DNA of 59,374 nt, counting the filler, from Bipalium vagum (lineage: Eukaryota): NCBI GenBank assembly GCA_037834085.1. It is 3 parts of 3 records of this genome, joined end to end, with 100 filler letters (N's around TTAATTAATTAA, not from the genome) between each part and the next. Parts side by side here need not be neighbours in the genome. Positions count along the whole stretch, not along the records: positions 42,997 to 59,374 come from JBBMKC010114302.1; 2 more parts are not named here. One strand, written 5' to 3'. Both the position numbers and the translations under genes were made by a program. Numbering within the stretch: the first letter of the stretch is position 1; every line of letters begins with the position of its first letter. The notes under the pieces are model-generated. The model was not told the origin of the DNA. It saw nothing but the letters and a program-made list of their open reading frames with translations, and did no database searches. Positions 55,079 through 59,374 of this stretch are shown here, piece by piece.

Positions 55079-55794
55079 TAATAATAATGATAATAATCTA
55101 ATAATAAACATTTCCTCCTATGAAAATATTGGTATGCATAAAAGATGTGAATAATTTTTACAATGCGAGATCAATATAAATTGTTTTATTAAATTTTGTA
55201 TATTGTTACTAGACCCGTTACTTTAATTATAAAAAATATATTAATATATTTAATAAAAAATATTTGATAAAAGAGAAGGATTTATAAAAGAATATTTTGT
55301 GCAGTTTTAAATGATTTATTCAAAGAATGAAAAAATTATTTGTTGACATAATTAAATGAAAATGTGTCTTACTTTTTTAAGAAATATAATTTTATATATT
55401 AAAATTTATATAATTATACTTATATTATATATTTATACCATGTCTTATACATGTACTTAATATCCTGAAATTTAAAAAGTGGAATTACATTTTGAAGGTA
55501 TTCAGTGTTTCATTTGAGGTTTGTAATATTTTATAAAACTATTAATACCATAAAGGTATACAACATAATGTTTAATATTGTCCTAAAAATATATGAATTA
55601 GAATGTTTAACTGACAGACCTAAATCTAGCTAAAAGAAGAACTGATTAAAGTTCTATGGAGAAAAAACTGTGTTGTTTTAATATTGTTATGAACACCGGC
55701 TTCATTTATACTACTTTTGGAAAAAACTAATAAATTGGATACAGTTAACCTTTACATAATTTAAGAGATGCTCAAGATAAATATATAAAAGGTA

Positions 55795-56583
55795 TATTGG
55801 TTTGAGTAAAAAGTCTTCATATTTTTAACTTAAATTCAAAGTCGATTTTTATTATTAAAAACAATATATGCACCATGTCATTTGCTGGAAGTAATGTTGC
55901 ATTACCTTTTTGCAAAGAAAACCTGTGCAGAAACACTCTGCTTGTTGTGTCCATTGTGTTAAATGGGAATGATTAGAAAATTAGTGAAATGGGTCCCACA
56001 TAGATTGACTTATAGAGATATTGAAAGGTGACTTACAGTTTGTGTGTCTTCAGACGCAACAAAGAAAAAGTTTCTTGCATATCATTCTGACAGAAGAGAA
56101 GACATTTTATCGATATGACAACCAAAAACGCAAAGAAATTTTGGTGAAGCCTGGTGAACCGAGTACCCCAACGCTCAAACAGAATATCCATGGGTCAAAA
56201 GTAGTGCTGTGTGGTATCAAAAAAGTGTGATTCATCATGAACTGTTAAAACCATCAGAAATTGGTTACGTTATCGATTTCAAAGAAAAAGAGAAAAGATC
56301 AGAATGGGTTGACAGACATGATAATATAATTTTACTACACGATAACACCAGATCGTATGTTCATCCTACTGTAAATAATTACTCGGAAAGCACAAACTGG
56401 AAGTCTTAAATCACCCGCCATATTCACCAGATATTGCTCTTCGGATTTCTATTTTTTCCACTCTATGCAATCCTAGATTTTTGGAAACAAATATAACAAA
56501 TATATATTTCTTATGATTTAAACTTTCAATACTTCTCTTATTTAAATCAATAAAAATAACAAAGACTTTTTCTCAATCCAATA
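55795..56583 (+). mobile_element. Non-autonomous, internally deleted mariner element with both TIRs
   Basis: Left tattggtttgagtaaaaagtcttcatattttt versus right reverse complement tattggattgagaaaaagtctttgttattttt, with TA ends. Internal KWVPHRLT, YRYDNQKR, KQNIHGSKV, HHELLKP, ILLHDN, HPPYSPDIA. Confidence 0.92.
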
Positions 56584-57157
56584 AATAGAATAATATAGTA
56601 AGTGTATTTAAATAAAAATATATATATTATTTTATAAGATTACATTAATTTTAGGCTTTAAATAATTTTTAATATTTATTTTACGACATTAAGATCAAAA
56701 GTTTTTCCATCGTTAAAAATGACTTTCAATGTCAATAAATCCATTTTTTTTCAATATCTAAAAATCCAGAATCAAGGAAAAAACAAAATAACAATATTGG
56801 AAGAAATTAAAAAAATCGAATTTTACATTCGTCATAATTAAAAAGAAACTAAAATGTTTATTTAAATTTTGTTAAATTTATATTAAACTACATACAAATA
56901 TTAACATCTATTAGAAAAATTGTATTAGGTTTGAAAAGATAAAAGATATTCTCTAATATCAGGTAACGAACTAAGTTTGTTCGTTTTTTCAGTTGTTTAA
57001 ATTTGTTAGCCCCTGGGATTCTCATTTATCTATCGATTTAAAATTTCTTTATTTTAGTTTGCTGCTTAAACATGTGAGTTTCAAATTTATTGTATAATTA
57101 ATGTTATTAACCATTATCCTCCGGAATAGGGTGCTCCAAAAGTTCGCTGGACAAATC

Positions 57158-57310
57158 ACAAATTCGAGTAATTATTTATTACGAATGGAAAAATAACACA
57201 AGCACAAATGAAACTGTCTCAAAACGTAACGAGGTACATGGTGAAGGAACAATAAAACTGCGAACAGTGCAAAATTGGTTCAAAAAATTTAATATTGGCG
57301 ATTTTAGATC
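57158..57310 (+). mobile_element. Mariner transposase N-terminal HTH fragment
   Basis: QIRVIIYYEWKNNTSTNETVSKRNEVHGEGTIKLRTVQNWFKKFNIGDF. Confidence 0.8.
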
Positions 57311-57479
57311 ATGTTTTTTTGACCGACTCGGTCAAAAAAGAGACTTGAGACGAATCACATAAAATAACAAAACAAATAATTTTCTATTTACAAATTTATT
57401 TTTAAAACATGTTTCGCAGTTTCTTGGTTGAATATTTTCGCGCTACATTCATTCATTTAGATATAATTTAAAGAGGTCA

Positions 57480-57745
57480 CTATAAACGCCCTTCATTGAC
57501 ACGATCTTAATCGTCAAATCTTTGTGTGTGAGCAACAGTCTCCATGTCAACAAAATTCATTTTGTGGTTGAAAGTTCGATGAACATAATTTTCAAGAATT
57601 AAATCTCCCTTTTTTTCCTCATTTCTGCATAGAAATTAATAACGACAGATTTTGAAACGCCTGTGTCTTCAGTAACTGACTTTTGTGATCTTACCAGGGC
57701 CCATAAATGTGATACCTTTCTTCAACCCTAACTTTCCACCTTCTT
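57480..57745 (-). mobile_element. Possible Merlin transposase remnant
   Basis: WALVRSQKSVTEDTGVSKSVVINFYAEMRK and HGDCCSH/ETVAHTQRF-like fragments. Confidence 0.4.
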
Positions 57746-58215
57746 CTATTCCTTAATTAGATAATATCGACCCATATTATTTGAATCATAGATCGAGACC
57801 TAACGGTAATCCGATCATAAAAACTTGTTTTCCGCCATCAAACTTTAAAAACCAGTTCAAAATGAACTATGCTTCTGCAGCTAAAATTGGCGGTCCCCAA
57901 CTCAGAAGGAACAACAATTTTAATCAGAAACAACCTAATTTAACTTTTAATTATCAAGATTCAAGTAATCTTTACTAAATAAAATTAATAAAAATGATAA
58001 TATTAAAAATAATAAAGATAGAAATAAGAATAAGAGTAAAAGTAATAACAGAAATAGGAATACTAAGAATAAGAATATATGCAATGATGTCAGAGATAAA
58101 CTTAAATGAAGTGGAAATATCAAAAAAGAGTTGGTCAAAAAGTGTTTTGTTAAAATTGTTAAATAAAGTGTTGCTTTTTTAATAGAAACATTTATTTAAA
58201 GGTATTTTGAATTTC

Positions 58216-59374
58216 TCAAAGAAATTTGTTCTGGTTTCTCTTTCTACCTTCAGAAAAGTTCGAGCATTCGTCATATTGCACTTTTAGGTCGATGAGACTA
58301 ATAACTCTCTTGTCCTTGGATCTGACAATTAAGTCTGGTCGTAGCGTTGTTTGCACCTCGTGTGGACATACATCCATATCTACGTCCAATCCCGAGTCCT
58401 TTAGAAAGTTAGATAACAGCGTTAACACTTGACTGTGTTTCTACTGTAGTTTTGCAGAGCCTACAGTAGAGATCTCTTCCTTTCACTATGTTGAAAGTGA
58501 GATATTTTAATGCTAAATTATTACTCCGGGATTTAATCAAGAAGAACCAATGCGCTGCAGGCAGTGTATTGTTCATCAAGATTTTATTGGATCGAACACT
58601 CATTGAGGAACAACCCAAAACCCGACCTTGGACCACGTGACTCATCCACCTGTTGAAGTAATGGATACCCAGCCCTTGGTGAAGAGTCATTGTGGTCTCA
58701 TCTATATTCTTGTTTCAGAAAAAATAACTCGTCGACTAACTGTTAGTCAACTTCATTGTTTTTTCCATAATTCACATTCCATACTTCTGGATCGAAGAGC
58801 CTTCACGGAAACTCGTACCTTGGTCCACCATGTGCTTTGGGCATTGAGATCACTTTTGATATTATCGCTTAGCCATTTCAATGCCAAATCTAGGTCGACC
58901 GAAGTTTCTATACGAAACCTTTTCCTTACATTGTGTAGCAAGGATCAGATCAAGAGTGACCTACAGTGCTGGTCATTGCTTGTCAAAAATCGTAATCCCT
59001 GCATCACACTGCAAATGTGGTATTAATCGTATGCAGGGACTATCCCGAAACCTCCAAGTGCCGTAGGGATGTACAAATATGAAATATTTGTATTTTGGAT
59101 CAATGTGGTGTCGGTGAATGATCTCAATTTTTTTCTGACAAGCTCGTCAAACCCAACCATTTTTCCCCTCCTCTCCCCTTGTCTAGCCGAAGGTGATGAC
59201 AATGTTAGGGTATCCACCACTCTATTTCTAAAGTGGAAAGGAAGCCTAAAATACAAGAATATTTTAAAACATTTTTTTTCTGGGCCGGATGAAGGTTGGA
59301 TTTGAACACCCGCTGGAAATCATCCAAAATTCCGTTAAGAATTTTGTCTGTTCCCATTCTTTTACCCTGGCCTT
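58216..59374 (-). mobile_element. Decayed non-LTR retrotransposon with restriction-like endonuclease (RLE; NeSL/R2/R4 group), runs off the window end
   Basis: RT-thumb YLYIPTALGGFGI, QG..SNKIL..WFFLIKSRSNNL, CRLCKTTVET, RPDLIV...ISLIDLKVQYD (PD-D/ExK). Multiple frameshifts. Confidence 0.88.

Noticed and set aside
1-59374. CRISPR arrays, rRNA, hammerhead ribozymes, Fanzor/TnpB or intact viral genes
   Set aside because: No regularly spaced repeats, no rRNA-like sequence, no long unassigned ORF, and the CTGATGA matches I checked lack a convincing hammerhead fold by eye.

Overview
AT-rich eukaryotic nuclear scaffold from an invertebrate, probably a spiralian and plausibly a flatworm. That placement is inferred from the innexin type, (ATT)n microsatellites and many 42-65 nt GT-AG introns. 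By manual splicing and translation I support six protein genes: FBXO47 (423-3538, +, 8 exons), POP1 (6565-8902, -, 6 exons), an RGS9BP/R9AP-like membrane anchor (19594-22465, -, 2 exons), a ceramide-kinase-family gene with degenerate ATP-binding motifs (at least 12 exons, 32506 down to at least 24816, -), intronless GSTCD (33358-35028, -) and an innexin (last two exons, 52079-55078, +). There is one tRNA-Ala-like Pol III gene with an aberrant anticodon arm. Intergenic and intronic DNA carries decayed mariner, Tc1/IS630, pogo and Merlin transposons, an RLE-type non-LTR retrotransposon and two dispersed repeat families. Two of three N-gaps contain an artificial TTAATTAATTAA linker. I see no CRISPR array, rRNA or intact mobile element, and no convincing new multi-gene system. 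The best leads are the CERK/CERKL-like pseudokinase, the TM-anchored R9AP-like gene next to it, the odd tRNA, a promoter-bearing repeat family and an orphan RFX/FOX motif cluster. All family assignments come from remembered motifs, not database searches.
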